Origin: Candidatus Poribacteria bacterium
Lineage (GTDB): Bacteria; Poribacteria; WGA-4E; WGA-3G
Assembly (NCBI GenBank): GCA_965205015.1
Contig: OZ242029.1
Span: 4,192,001-4,256,000 of the forward strand
DNA length: 64,000 nucleotides
Direction of reading: 5' to 3'
Shown here in pieces: positions 29,517 to 40,228 of this stretch. The notes under the pieces are model-generated. The model saw nothing but the letters and a program-made list of their open reading frames with translations, was not told where the DNA came from and made no database searches. Numbering within the stretch: the stretch's first letter is position 1; every line of letters begins with the position of its first letter. A program made the position numbers and the translations under genes.

Positions 29517-30566
29517 ATGAAACCGATGCCTTATAAATCAGGACCCAGCCTCATAATTTATACGTTGCAGCTGTGTTTGATTGCAATTGGATTTATACTT
29601 ATTGGGAATACAGAACTCTCTGCGAAAGGACATGAAAAATTCAAAGTGGCATTGCTTTTACCTGCCTCTATTACCGATGGCGGCTGGAACGCTTTTGCTT
29701 ATGATGGACTTAAAGCGATAGAAAAGGAGTTAGATGCCAAAATTAGCCACGTTGAGAGTCGAACGCCTACCGATCAGGAAGCACACTTTCGTGATTATGC
29801 CATGGATGGGTATCAACTGATTTTTGGGCACGGCTTTGATTATCAGGATTCTGCGAAACAAGTTGCCCCAGATTTTCCTGAAACGGTTTTTATCACATCG
29901 ACCGGTAGCACCGTCACTGATAACATATCCCCTATGGTTTGGGCTATTGAGGAACCTGTTTACTTATTGGGGATTATAGCCGGAACGATGACCCAAACAA
30001 ACAAAATCGGTATTGTCGGTGGACAAAACATCTCGGCTATCAATAGTATGTTTAGTGCGTTTGAAGAGGGCGCAAAGAGCGTTAACCCTGATGTCGTGGT
30101 CCGTCGAGCGTATGTCGGCAATTGGTCGGACATCGGTAAAGGCAAGGAACTCGCCCTGGCACACATTAATGAAGGCAGCGATTTTCTCTTTCCGGTTGCG
30201 GATGTCGCAGGACTCGGCGTTTTTCAAGCCGTAGAGGCAGCGCAAGCCGATGGAAAAGTCGTTTACGCTTTCGGTTCATATCGAGACCAGAGCGAGGTGT
30301 CCCCTACAACTATAGTCGCGAGTGCCATTGTTACACCCAAGGTCTTTGTCCACATCGCCAAGGTTGTGATGGAGAAAACCTTTGAACCTCGACTGTATAT
30401 TTTCACAATGGCAACAGATGAAGCGATTACTTTTGGATACAACCCCGCGTTGAAGGACATGGTGCCAGAGGCAACGCAAAAAGCAGTGAAAGCAGCGAAA
30501 GCCAAAATCATTGCTGGTGAATTGAAGGTGCCACAAACCTATTTGACTGCAGCAGACGAAGAATAG
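29517..30566 (+). CDS. BMP family ABC substrate-binding protein (tandem paralogue)
   Basis: Closely similar to the preceding gene (AKGHEKFKVA, RTPTDQE, DIGKGKELALA). Confidence 0.88.
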   Translation: MKPMPYKSGPSLIIYTLQLCLIAIGFILIGNTELSAKGHEKFKVALLLPASITDGGWNAFAYDGLKAIEKELDAKISHVESRTPTDQEAHFRDYAMDGYQLIFGHGFDYQDSAKQVAPDFPETVFITSTGSTVTDNISPMVWAIEEPVYLLGIIAGTMTQTNKIGIVGGQNISAINSMFSAFEEGAKSVNPDVVVRRAYVGNWSDIGKGKELALAHINEGSDFLFPVADVAGLGVFQAVEAAQADGKVVYAFGSYRDQSEVSPTTIVASAIVTPKVFVHIAKVVMEKTFEPRLYIFTMATDEAITFGYNPALKDMVPEATQKAVKAAKAKIIAGELKVPQTYLTAADEE

Positions 30567-30606
30567 ACACTGCAAAATATGTAATTTTGTGTTTGGAGTA
30601 TGCATC

Positions 30607-33342
30607 ATGGCACATAAAATAGAAATTGATGGTGTCGAAGTCACCTTTACTGAAGGTGAAACCGTCCTTGAAATTGCAGAACGCCATCAGAAAGAGATTC
30701 CAACGCTCTGCTATGATCCAAGGCTTGAGCCTTTCGGTGGGTGTCGCCTGTGTATCGTCGAATTAGAAGGTGCGCGAACTCCGGTGGCATCTTGTACAAC
30801 GAAAGCGACCCCCGGAATGGTGGTTCGCACAGCGACGGATACAATAGAAGCGTATCGCAAGACGCTGCTCGAGATGGTCATCGGTGAAAATCGTGAAGTC
30901 GATGTGTCCCCTCTGCGCGGTTATGCATCTGCCGAACTCACAGACCTCCGGGACAGGTACGAGATTCACGGAAACCCACGTATCACAGGGGCAACATCTG
31001 GCACGAGTAAAACCGATGAAAATCCGTTCATTCTCAGAGATTACGAACTCTGCATCTCCTGTTATCGGTGTGTCCGCGTCTGTGCCGAACAGGAAGGCGA
31101 CCACGCCATCAATGTCATGAATCGTGGTTTCCATACGCAGATTACGACCGAATTTGACGGGCTTCTCAAGGACTCCGCTTGCACCTTCTGTGGACAGTGT
31201 ATCCAGACCTGTCCGACTGGAGCACTCGGCGACAAGAAGGCACTACGGCATGCTGATGTTACGGCACAACGGCGTGTGCCTACGACTTTGCATGATATTG
31301 AAAAAACGCGCACAATTTGTCCCTACTGCGGGGTCGGGTGTTCCGTTGATGTGCTAACGAAAGACGAAAAAATCGTTGGTATCCACCCCGCAATGGACGG
31401 TCCCGCCAATCAGGGTGCCCTCTGTGTTAAAGGTCAGTTTGCTTACGACTTTGTCCAGCATCCCGACCGACTGACAACGCCACTCATCCGCGGTGACGAT
31501 GGAGAACTCCATGAAGCCACATGGGAAGCGGCTCTTAACAAAGCCGCTGAGGGATACCGGAAAGTCCATGCTGAACACGGTAGACATAGTATCTACGGTA
31601 TCGCTTCTGGGCGTGCACCGAGTGAAGCGGCGTATCTGATGCAGAAGTTTATCCGGGCTGGGTTCGGGACGAACTACATCGACAACTGTAGCCGTGCCTG
31701 ACACGCCCCGACCGTTGCCGGTCTGGCAGCGACAATCGGACGTGGCGCGATGTCGAATCCGCTCGTGGATATGCAGAAACCGGATGTAATCTTCTGCATC
31801 GGCACGAATATGACGGAGTGTCATCCTGTGGCGGCGACAGGGCTTAAGAAAGCAGTCGCCCGCGGTGCCAAACTCATCGTCGCGGATCCGAGGCGCATCG
31901 AGTTAGCCGAAATGTCGGATCTCTATCTACCGCTCCGTGTCGGTTCAGATACCGCACTACTCCTCGGTATGGCACACGTGATTGCCCGTGAAGGTTTAGT
32001 TGACGAAACGTTCATCAAAGACCGCACCACCGGATTTGATGACTTCTTTGAACATATCAGCCAATGGACGCCGGAATGGGCGGAAGAAATTACAGGGGTA
32101 CCAGCAAAGGATATTGAAAAAGCCGCGATGTGGTATGGCGCTGCCCACAGGGGGGCTATCTACTACACGTTAGGGATCACAGAGCATATCTGCGGTGTTG
32201 AGAACGTGCAGAGCCTCTGCAATCTTGCCCTGATGACGGGTAACGTCGGACGCGAGGGGACAGGGATCAACCCGATGCGGGGTCAGAACAACATTCAAGG
32301 CGCAGGAGACAGTGGCGCGTTGCCGAACAACTACCCCGGTTTCCAAGCCGTCACGGACCCAGAACACCAGGCGAAATTCAAAGCAGCTTATGGCAGAGCG
32401 GTTGACTTGGAGAAAGGCATTACTAAAGTCACCGCCTTAGAACTTTGCGGCGACAGTATCCACGCGATGCTGATAGACGGCGAAAATACACTGCTATCGG
32501 ATCCAGATCGGGAACACTGTGAGCACGCGCTCCGGGCATTGGAGCATCTCGTTGTTATTGACATCTTCCTCACCGAAACCGCGGAACTTGCCGATGTCGT
32601 GCTACCAGCGACGGCATGGGGTGAAACGGACGGGATCTGCACGAACACGGAACGTCGGGTCCAGCGACTGCGAGCGGCCGTCCCGCCATTCGGCGACGCG
32701 AAACCCGATTGGTGGATTATATCTCAAATTGCGCAACGTCTCGGTTTTAAAGGCTTTGATTACGACGCGCCGAAACCGATTTTCAACGAACTCTGCGAAC
32801 TTTCACCGATTTATGCAGGATTGGATTGGGAACGCATTGACAAAGGTGCCACGGACATCTTCAACAACCAGTGGCCCGTGCCACATAAAGAACATCCGGG
32901 TACACCGAGATTACACGAGGAAACGTTCACCAACGGACGCGGTATCTTTTCCAATGTGCACTACCGAGACCCCGCTGAGACGGTCACTGCGGATTTCCCA
33001 GTGTGGCTCACAACGGGGAGACGCTTGCAATCCTATCACACGCGCACACAGACCGGTAGAGCTGAGGGAATTGATTACCTGTTGTCGGAGGAATCGTTGG
33101 AAGTGAATCCGACTGACATCGAGAAATGGAACCTGACGGATGGGGAATGGTGTAAAATGAGCAGTGCCCGTGGAAGCATCACTATCAAAGTGAAAGCGAC
33201 GAACCGTTCTCCGCGTGGCACAGTCTTCGCGAGTTTCAGTTTCGCGGATGTCCCTGTCAACCTATTGACGGGTTCTGGTTACGACCCAATTACGCACACC
33301 GCTGAATTGAAAGTGTGCCCGGTCCGGTTAGAGCCGCTTTAA
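30607..33342 (+). CDS. fdhF: Formate dehydrogenase alpha subunit, selenocysteine-containing, with NuoG-like N-terminal Fe-S domains
   Basis: Two track ORFs in one frame joined by TGA 31699-31701 in DNCSRA-U-HAPTVAGL; CPYCGVGC, RGQNNIQG, TNTERRVQ; SECIS-like hairpin follows. Confidence 0.92.
31702..31745 (+). promoter_or_regulatory. Bacterial SECIS element
   Basis: gttgcc-ggtct-ggcagc apical stem-loop about 12 nt after UGA; closely resembles the E. coli fdhF SECIS (GUUGCAGGUCUGCAC). Confidence 0.85.
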
Positions 33343-33377
33343 TATTTTGGGCACACAAAACGCATAGGAGACTATCT

Positions 33378-33569
33378 ATGGAAACGCAAAAGTACGTTTA
33401 CTGGCAAGATGAAACAGTATTTATCGGATATTTGGAGGCGTACCCCGATTATTGGACGCAAGGTGAAACCATAGAAGCCTTAGAGGAAAACCTTCTTGAC
33501 ATTTACAAGGAGCTCACGAGCGGAACTATTCCCTGTATTAGAAAGGTTGCGGAGTTACAGATTGCATGA
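33378..33569 (+). CDS. hicB: HicB family antitoxin (short form)
   Basis: YPDYWTQGETIEALEENLLD; AGGAG RBS. Confidence 0.85.
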   Translation: METQKYVYWQDETVFIGYLEAYPDYWTQGETIEALEENLLDIYKELTSGTIPCIRKVAELQIA

Positions 33570-33742
33570 AAAGACGAGACTTGATTCGTGAGTTAAAAAA
33601 GATAGGATGTGCACTCATTCGTCATGGTGCCAAGCATGATTGGTATCAGAATCCGAACACTCGTGTTTCTCAACCAGTGCCGCGCCACAGGGAAATTAAA
33701 GATGTGTTAGCAAAACGCATTCTTAAAATGCTTAGGGATTAA
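33566..33742 (+). CDS. hicA: HicA family toxin (missing from the ORF track)
   Basis: MKRRDLIRELKKIGCALIRHGAKHDWYQNP...VPRHREI; ATGA overlap with hicB. Confidence 0.88.
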   Translation: MKRRDLIRELKKIGCALIRHGAKHDWYQNPNTRVSQPVPRHREIKDVLAKRILKMLRD

Positions 33743-33747
33743 AGGAG

Positions 33748-34065
33748 ATGTCTATGAGTTGGAAATCACGCTGGTTAGAAGAGCATCCCGATGCTGAGGC
33801 TTTAAAGCAACAGTTAACATCTGAAGGCTTCGATGCATATCAATGGACAGGCCGTCCCGGGGGTGCCTATCTCGATTATATTCACACGCAAGATGAAGTC
33901 GTCTGTGTGTTGTCCGGCACGGCTGATGTGAAAGTTGCCGATGAACAGGGAACCGTCGAACCCGGCGACAGGATGGATGTTCCCGCGAACACCTATCATT
34001 CAATCACTGTCACAGGCGGGGAGCCATTGGTGGTCCTGACGGGAATGCGGTCTTCTAACAATTAG
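33748..34065 (+). CDS. Cupin domain protein
   Basis: HTQDEVVCVLSG, PGDRMDVPANTYH. Confidence 0.85.
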   Translation: MSMSWKSRWLEEHPDAEALKQQLTSEGFDAYQWTGRPGGAYLDYIHTQDEVVCVLSGTADVKVADEQGTVEPGDRMDVPANTYHSITVTGGEPLVVLTGMRSSNN

Positions 34066-34220
34066 GGAACAGGGTAGGTACAAGCCTCGTATTCAAGGAA
34101 CAGGGTAGGTACAAGCCTCGTATTCAAGGAACAGGGTAGGTACAAGCCTCGTATTCAAGGAACAGGGTAGGTACAAGCCTCGTATTCAAGGAACAGGGTA
34201 GGTACAAGACCTACCCCTAC
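34066..34220. repeat. 31-bp tandem repeat (4 identical units plus a partial) ending in a GTAG-type REP
   Basis: ggaacagggtaggtacaagcctcgtattcaa x4, then ggaacagggtaggtacaagacctacccctac. Confidence 0.92.
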
Positions 34221-34286
34221 AGTACCATTACGGGGTACTTTTTCTTATTTTATACCCAACTTACATCAAAATATAAAGGAGCATTC

Positions 34287-35774
34287 ATGAATATTACTGT
34301 CAAAACGGGCGGGTTTGCTCAGGAGCAGACCGATGTTATTGCCCTCGGTATCTTGGAAAACCCAGATTTCTATAGCGCGCCTCTCCAAAACATAGAACAG
34401 GCACTCGGTGGACGCATTCGGGAAGTGATGAATCTTGGCGATTTCACAGGCAAGCATAACACGACGAGTTGGCTCTATACAAACGGAACCATCGCAGCAC
34501 CGCGCCTGCTTCTGGTGGGTTTGGGTGAATATCACGATCTCACTGTTGAGAAGGTGCGTGAGGCAGCTGGGACTGCTGCGAAAGCCATCCGCGACATGGG
34601 GTTAAGTACCGCCGCAATTCCGATTCCTATTGAAGCGACTCCCGAAATGATTCAAGCCGCTGCGGAGGCAAGCCTTCTCTCGCTCTATCAGTTCAACGAA
34701 CACAAAACGGACACCGACGATGACGATAAGAAAAAGAAACTTGAATCTATTACATTTTTGGTTGACAACGAGCAAATCAAGGCAACGATAGAAGATGCCG
34801 TGGTACGCGGGCAAACGATAGCCAACGGTACACTTCTCGCCCGCGACCTCAGTAACCAGCCCGCGAACTATCTCACACCGATACAACTCGCCGAAAAGGC
34901 ACAAGCGGTCGCAGAAGCAGCGGGACTCAATTGTGAGATATTTGATAAAGCGACCCTCGAAGAAAAAGGATTCCGGACCCTTCTCGCTGTCGCGCAAGGC
35001 AGCGTTGAAGAACCTCGGTTTATTATTCTCGAATATACACCAGACGGTGAAGGACAAGACACCGTCGTGCTTGCTGGAAAAGGGATCACCTTTGACACAG
35101 GTGGGATCTCGCTCAAAGCTGGAAGTGGCATGCACGAGATGAAGCACGATATGTCGGGTGCTGCTGCCGTGATCGGTGCCATGCAGGCGATCGGTCATCT
35201 GAAGCCAAACGTACGCGTCATCGGTGTGATTGCGGCGACTGAGAATATGCCGAGTGGGACGGCTGTGAAGCCGGGGGATGTCGTCACCTCCTACGGTGGC
35301 AAAACGATTGAGATCCTCAACACTGATGCTGAAGGACGGTTGGTGTTGGCAGATGCGCTTGGATGGGTGGCACAGTATAATCCGAAGGGGGTTGTCGATT
35401 TAGCCACGCTCACGGGGGCTGTGATAACCTGTTTAGGGCATATCGCGGCGGGTGCGATGGGAACGGATCCCGAGCTCATGGTGAAGGTGAAATCTGCCGC
35501 CGTAAAGACACACGAACGGGTCTGGGAATTGCCACTCTGGGACGATTACGATGAAGGCGTGAAAAGCAAGGTCGCCGACGTACAGAACATCGGTGACGGC
35601 GGTGCTGGGACGATTGCGGGCGGCGCGTTCCTGAAGAAATTCGCTGAAGGCTATCCGTGGGTTCACCTTGATATCGCTGGCATGGCGTGGGGAATGAAGG
35701 GTGGCTCCTATATCCCTGAAGGCGCGTCCGGTTACGGGGTGCGGTTGTTGGTGCAACTCGTTGAGGATTGGTAG
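34287..35774 (+). CDS. pepA: Leucyl aminopeptidase (M17)
   Basis: GKGITFDTGG, MKHDMSG, NTDAEGRL, WVHLDIAG. Confidence 0.96.
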   Translation: MNITVKTGGFAQEQTDVIALGILENPDFYSAPLQNIEQALGGRIREVMNLGDFTGKHNTTSWLYTNGTIAAPRLLLVGLGEYHDLTVEKVREAAGTAAKAIRDMGLSTAAIPIPIEATPEMIQAAAEASLLSLYQFNEHKTDTDDDDKKKKLESITFLVDNEQIKATIEDAVVRGQTIANGTLLARDLSNQPANYLTPIQLAEKAQAVAEAAGLNCEIFDKATLEEKGFRTLLAVAQGSVEEPRFIILEYTPDGEGQDTVVLAGKGITFDTGGISLKAGSGMHEMKHDMSGAAAVIGAMQAIGHLKPNVRVIGVIAATENMPSGTAVKPGDVVTSYGGKTIEILNTDAEGRLVLADALGWVAQYNPKGVVDLATLTGAVITCLGHIAAGAMGTDPELMVKVKSAAVKTHERVWELPLWDDYDEGVKSKVADVQNIGDGGAGTIAGGAFLKKFAEGYPWVHLDIAGMAWGMKGGSYIPEGASGYGVRLLVQLVEDW

Positions 35775-35778
35775 TTTA

Positions 35779-35892
35779 AGAGTCGTCAGTTATCGGTTAA
35801 AGAGGTTCTTGACTGAACTAAACTGCCTCTTTAACCGACGACCGAAAGGAAATCTGTATGGCAGATTTTCGTCCTGACAACTGATAACTGTT
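35779..35892. repeat. Palindromic repeat, GTCAGTT/AACTGA family
   Basis: gtcgtcagttatcggttaaagagg ... cctctttaaccgacga ... acaactgataactg. Confidence 0.85.
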
Positions 35893-35894
35893 AA

Positions 35895-37448
35895 TTATCC
35901 TTCCGAACGGATTTGGATTAACTTATTTACGGCGTGGATGTAAGCCCGTGCGCTCGCTTCGATGATGTCGGTGCTCGCACCGTGTCCGGTGATGATGTGT
36001 CCGTTGTCTTGGACCTTCAATGAGACCTCACCGATAGCGTCTTCCCCTTCGGTTACGGAACGAATCTGATAGTCGATGAGGTTTAGTTGAATGTCGACAA
36101 TTTGACTGATCGCTTTAAACGCCGCATCTACAGGTCCGTCGCCGGTTGAGGCTCTCTCAACGACACCCTCTTCCGTCCGAACACCAACGGTCGTTGTCGG
36201 TGAGATTCTCGTTCCACTGACAATTTGGATATAATCCAACTCAAAAACAGCAGGAATGGCGCGAATCTCATCGCTCATGATCGCCTCAAGATCGGCATCC
36301 TGCACGGCTTTCTTCTTATCAGCAACCCGCAAAAACCTTTCATAGACTTTTTCCAGCTGATCCGCGTCCACTTCATAGCCGAGTTCGCTGAGTCGGTGTC
36401 TGAGAGCATTACGTCCGGAACGTGGGCTGAGAATCAGTTGACTCTCTTTCCATCCGATCTCTTTCGGATCAATGATTTCAAAAGTCACACGCGATTTGAT
36501 GATACCGTCTTGATGGATGCCCGAACTGTGTGCGAATGCGTTCGCACCGACAATCGCTTTGTTCGGTTGAACGGCAATACCCATCGTCCGACTCACACGC
36601 CTGCTGATCGGAACGATTTCTTTGGCGTTAATATCGGTATAATATGCTTTAAAGTAATCTCGGCGGGTTCGGATCGCCATAACGACCTCTTCCAACGAAG
36701 TATTACCAGCCCGTTCTCCGAGTCCATTGATTGTGCACTCGACCTGCCGTGCGCCCTGCTCAACTGCTATAAGACTGTTCGCTACTGCTAAACCGAGGTC
36801 GTTATGGCAGTGTACACTAATAATGGCATCGTTAACATTTGGGACATTCTCCATGATGCCCTTAATTAAATCGCCAAACTCCGTTGGCACTGTCCATCCG
36901 ACGGTTTCCGGGATATTGATGACGGTCGCCCCCGCAGCGATCGTCGCTTCGACGACTTCATAAAGGAAGGCTAATTCCGTCCGTCCCGCGTCCATTGGTG
37001 AAAATTCGACATTCGCATCCGGGTGTCCTTCGCACAAACGTTTGGCATAGGCGACCGCGTCGGTTGCCATTTGCAATGTATCTTCAGGGGTTGTCCGTGT
37101 AATGCGTCCCATGTGAATTGGTGAAGTTCCGACAAAAGTGTGGATACGGGCGCGTGGTGCATCCTTAATAGCTGCCCATGCGGCAGTAATATCTTTCTCC
37201 ACAACGCGAGAGAGGGCACAGATTTCCGGTCCTTCAACTTCGTTGGCTATCCGTTTGACCGCATCGAAATCCCCCGGCGACGAAATTGGGAATCCGGCTT
37301 CAATGATATCAACATTTAATTTCGCGAGGTGCTTGGCAATCTCCAGTTTTTCCTCAATACCGAGTGCAGCACCGGGGGTCTGTTCAGCATCGCGAAGCGT
37401 TGTATCGAAAATATAGACTTTCTGCGGGTTGTTTTGAAAATCGTCCAA
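35895..37448 (-). CDS. leuA: 2-isopropylmalate synthase
   Basis: [25 protein letters not shown], regulatory domain GDGPVDA. Confidence 0.95.
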   Translation of the reverse strand: MDDFQNNPQKVYIFDTTLRDAEQTPGAALGIEEKLEIAKHLAKLNVDIIEAGFPISSPGDFDAVKRIANEVEGPEICALSRVVEKDITAAWAAIKDAPRARIHTFVGTSPIHMGRITRTTPEDTLQMATDAVAYAKRLCEGHPDANVEFSPMDAGRTELAFLYEVVEATIAAGATVINIPETVGWTVPTEFGDLIKGIMENVPNVNDAIISVHCHNDLGLAVANSLIAVEQGARQVECTINGLGERAGNTSLEEVVMAIRTRRDYFKAYYTDINAKEIVPISRRVSRTMGIAVQPNKAIVGANAFAHSSGIHQDGIIKSRVTFEIIDPKEIGWKESQLILSPRSGRNALRHRLSELGYEVDADQLEKVYERFLRVADKKKAVQDADLEAIMSDEIRAIPAVFELDYIQIVSGTRISPTTTVGVRTEEGVVERASTGDGPVDAAFKAISQIVDIQLNLIDYQIRSVTEGEDAIGEVSLKVQDNGHIITGHGASTDIIEASARAYIHAVNKLIQIRSEG

Positions 37449-37467
37449 AGCTCTATTCCTCCAATTT

Positions 37468-37601
37468 AGAGTCGTCAGTTATCAGTTGCCAGTCGTCGGT
37501 TAAGAGTACCCGTGTAACAAGCGGTTCCTTAGGATTGGAAGCACGCCAAGAAGGGGGAATGTGTTGCAAAAACCTCTTAACTGAAAACCGAAAACTATTC
37601 C
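37468..37601. repeat. Palindromic repeat, GTCAGTT/AACTGA family
   Basis: gtcgtcagttatcagttg..cggttaagag ... ctcttaactgaaaaccgaaaactattc. Confidence 0.85.
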
Positions 37602-38627
37602 CTACATTTCACGACCAACGGCAATCGCTATTGATTTCAGTTCCTGCATGAGGGTCTCGAATTGATCAGGGAACAGCGACTGTGCACCATCTCCTGTCAT
37701 TGAATGATCTGGATCGTGATGGACTTCAAGTAACAGTCCATCTGCGCCTGCCGCCACAGATGCCTTTGTCATATCACAGACGAGACTCCGGATACCCGTG
37801 CCGTGGCTCGGATCCACAATAATAGGCAGATGGCTCAATTCGTGAATAACAGGTACTGCGTTCAAATCAAGGGTATTACGGGTATGCGTTTCAAAAGTCC
37901 GAATGCCCCGCTCGCAGAGAATGACATCGGGGTTTCCTTCTGCGAGAATATATTCAGCGGCGAGGAGCCATTCTTCAATTGTTGCCGACATTCCGCGTTT
38001 GAGGATGACAGGCTTATTTGCTCGTCCCACTTCGCGCAACAGATAGAAATTCGTCATGTTCCGCGTGCCGAGTTGAAACATATCTGTATATTCACCAACG
38101 AGTTCAACTTCGTGTGGTGTCATGACCTCAGTGACGATGCCGAGTCCTGTTTCGGCTTTCGCTGCTTCCAGCATCTTAAGAGCCTCTTTACCGTAGCCTT
38201 GGAAACTATAAGGTCCGGTTCTCGGTTTAAAAGCGCCGCCTCTGATGAAACTCGCACCGGCTTTTCGGACCTGTTGCGCAATGGTTACGATCTGTTCCGT
38301 GCTTTCTACTGCGCACGGACCGGCAATGACGGGTACCTGCCGTCCACCAATTTTCGTGTCGTTGACTGCAATAACCGTCGGTTCATCCCGAAACTCACGG
38401 CTTGCCAATTTGAACGGTGCCGTAATTGGCATCGTCCGATCGACCCCCGACATTGACTCTATCGGAATATCACCAAGCAATGTTTTATCTCCTATGACAC
38501 CGATGACAGTGTGTCTCTCACCGACTGAGACTTGTGCTTTCAAGCCTGCATCTTCGATCCGTTTTACAACAGCGTTGACATCTGCTTGTGTCGCATCGGT
38601 CTTGGTAACAATTACCATCCTTTTCAA
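37602..38627 (-). CDS. aroF: DAHP synthase type I-beta with N-terminal regulatory domain
   Basis: [36 protein letters not shown]; GGAGG RBS before TTG. Confidence 0.95.
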   Translation of the reverse strand: MKRMVIVTKTDATQADVNAVVKRIEDAGLKAQVSVGERHTVIGVIGDKTLLGDIPIESMSGVDRTMPITAPFKLASREFRDEPTVIAVNDTKIGGRQVPVIAGPCAVESTEQIVTIAQQVRKAGASFIRGGAFKPRTGPYSFQGYGKEALKMLEAAKAETGLGIVTEVMTPHEVELVGEYTDMFQLGTRNMTNFYLLREVGRANKPVILKRGMSATIEEWLLAAEYILAEGNPDVILCERGIRTFETHTRNTLDLNAVPVIHELSHLPIIVDPSHGTGIRSLVCDMTKASVAAGADGLLLEVHHDPDHSMTGDGAQSLFPDQFETLMQELKSIAIAVGREM

Positions 38628-38644
38628 CTACCTCCGCCTTTTTA

Positions 38645-38730
38645 ATAGTTTTCAGTCTTCAGTCTTCAGTTTTCAGTTAAGAGGTTTTCGTTTAAAAGTT
38701 CCCTCTTTAACTGATAACTGACAACCGATG
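38645..38730. repeat. Palindromic repeat, GTCAGTT/AACTGA family
   Basis: ttttcagttaagagg ... cctctttaactgataactgacaaccg. Confidence 0.85.
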
Positions 38731-38807
38731 AGCGATAACCACTCTTCCGATGAATGACAACCAATACACCGAAAGATAATTCTGTCTGTCGCAAATGAAA
38801 CTCGGTT

Positions 38808-38848
38808 AAAAAAAATACCCAACATTGAAATCTTTTTCAACGCCGGGT
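38808..38848 (-). terminator. Intrinsic terminator (attenuator) upstream of aroF
   Basis: mRNA ACCCGGCGUUGAAA-AAGA-UUUCAAUGUUGGGU-A-U8: 14-bp stem with three G-U pairs. Confidence 0.85.
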
Positions 38849-38900
38849 GGTGATACTGGAATCGGTTAATCTTTGTAATATGGGCATTACCTGCGAACTT

Positions 38901-39083
38901 TCACCACCTGTCGTTGCTGTACAAATATAAGTACAGGTACAGATACAATCCAAAAAGGCCTGTGCTTGTAAGTCGCGTAAAAAGGGACCCTGCGTAGGAG
39001 GAAGCGTTCCCTAAAGAGATTGAAACAGCACGGACGTGAGGTATCTGTATTGTGGTAGTATTACGTAGAAGTGTTCGCATCAT
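38901..39083 (-). CDS. Putative attenuator leader peptide, 60 aa, with (Leu-Tyr)5
   Basis: AGGA RBS then ATGATG; ends GLFGLYLYLYLYLYSNDRW*; synonymous codon variation across the LY pairs. Confidence 0.75.
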   Translation of the reverse strand: MMRTLLRNTTTIQIPHVRAVSISLGNASSYAGSLFTRLTSTGLFGLYLYLYLYLYSNDRW

Positions 39084-39273
39084 CAATTTCCTAAAAATTA
39101 GGGCACTCAAAAAATCGACCCTAATGCGCTGAAAGCAAATGCCGCTATCAAAGCGGACCTCTTTGTAACCTAAGACGTTATTTCTGGAAAAGTGTTTATG
39201 CTTTTTGATATAGGCACGCGTTTTGTCATCCAAAATCCCATGCCCTATTATAATACCTGACCAATTTTATTAT

Positions 39274-39302
39274 ATAATAACACATTTTTTTTCGCAAGTC
39301 AA
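39274..39302 (-). promoter_or_regulatory. Sigma70-like promoter for leader-aroF-leuA
   Basis: TTGACT-17 nt-TATTAT with TG extension. Confidence 0.6.
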
Positions 39303-39404
39303 ATTTCTTTTTTCTCCAACCCTAGGTAAAGTGTCAATTTCTCAGCCGATCAAATAGCGTTGACTCCTAAATTAAGGTGTGTTAATATAGGAAAAGAGGA
39401 CAGT

Positions 39405-40070
39405 ATGGAGAAAACTATGCCGAAACCAGAACACTTTACACCGATTACCGTTGGGATTATGGGCGGCTCCGCCTCTGGAAAGACGACGTTCGCGAGTGCC
39501 TTAGCGGAACAACTCACGGATTTATTGCCTGTTGTGCTGAATCAGGACTCCTATTTTCGCGATTGGTCGGAATACTCGGAATCGGAACGGGAACGCGTCA
39601 TCACGGCGAATCACCCGGATGCCGTCCTATGGGATGCCCTCATCGCGGACATTAAGAAACTCCGCAATGGCGATACGATCAACACACCCACCCCCGGCAC
39701 GCGTGCCGCGCAACGCGGCGACGCAAAAGCGAGCGTGCAACCGAGCAAAGTCGTTATTGTGGAGGGACATCTCATCTTCTGGAGTGAAGATTTACGAGAC
39801 TTGATGGACATGAAACTGTTCCTTGATGTAGATGCACATGAACGCGTCCTGCGCCGGATGCTCCGTGATGTTGCACAACGCGGGGGTGATTTGGAGTGGT
39901 GTATTAATTGGTATCGGCGCGATGTCCTCCCTAACTTTCCAGTCTATACCGAACCCTGTAAGCAGTATGCTGACCTGATTATCCCGTTCCAAGATGACAA
40001 TCCAGTCGCATTGCACACGCTGGTCGCTGGTATCCGTGCCCGGATCGCAGAACACAGCGGAACATCTTAA
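39405..40070 (+). CDS. Uridine kinase family protein
   Basis: GGSASGKTT, QDSYF, NHPDA, VEG, RRMLRDVAQRG. Confidence 0.85.
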   Translation: MEKTMPKPEHFTPITVGIMGGSASGKTTFASALAEQLTDLLPVVLNQDSYFRDWSEYSESERERVITANHPDAVLWDALIADIKKLRNGDTINTPTPGTRAAQRGDAKASVQPSKVVIVEGHLIFWSEDLRDLMDMKLFLDVDAHERVLRRMLRDVAQRGGDLEWCINWYRRDVLPNFPVYTEPCKQYADLIIPFQDDNPVALHTLVAGIRARIAEHSGTS

Positions 40071-40228
40071 TGCCGACACTCGCGTAAAATACGCGCCTCC
40101 CCCATTCCTCTAACCCTTAAAGTCATTTTGACATATAGGTAATGCCACAGTGGCAAGGGGTGTGCCAATTTGGCGAGCCCGTTTCCTGCCTGCATTTCTG
40201 GAAATTTTGATGTATAGAGGTGGTCGCA

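Noticed and set aside
30589-33342. Formate dehydrogenase pseudogene or two separate genes
   Set aside because: The stop is an in-frame TGA at the catalytic Sec position followed by a SECIS-like hairpin
34066-34220. CRISPR array
   Set aside because: Units are identical with no unique spacers, the period is only 31 bp, and there are no cas genes; the same applies to 62375-62458
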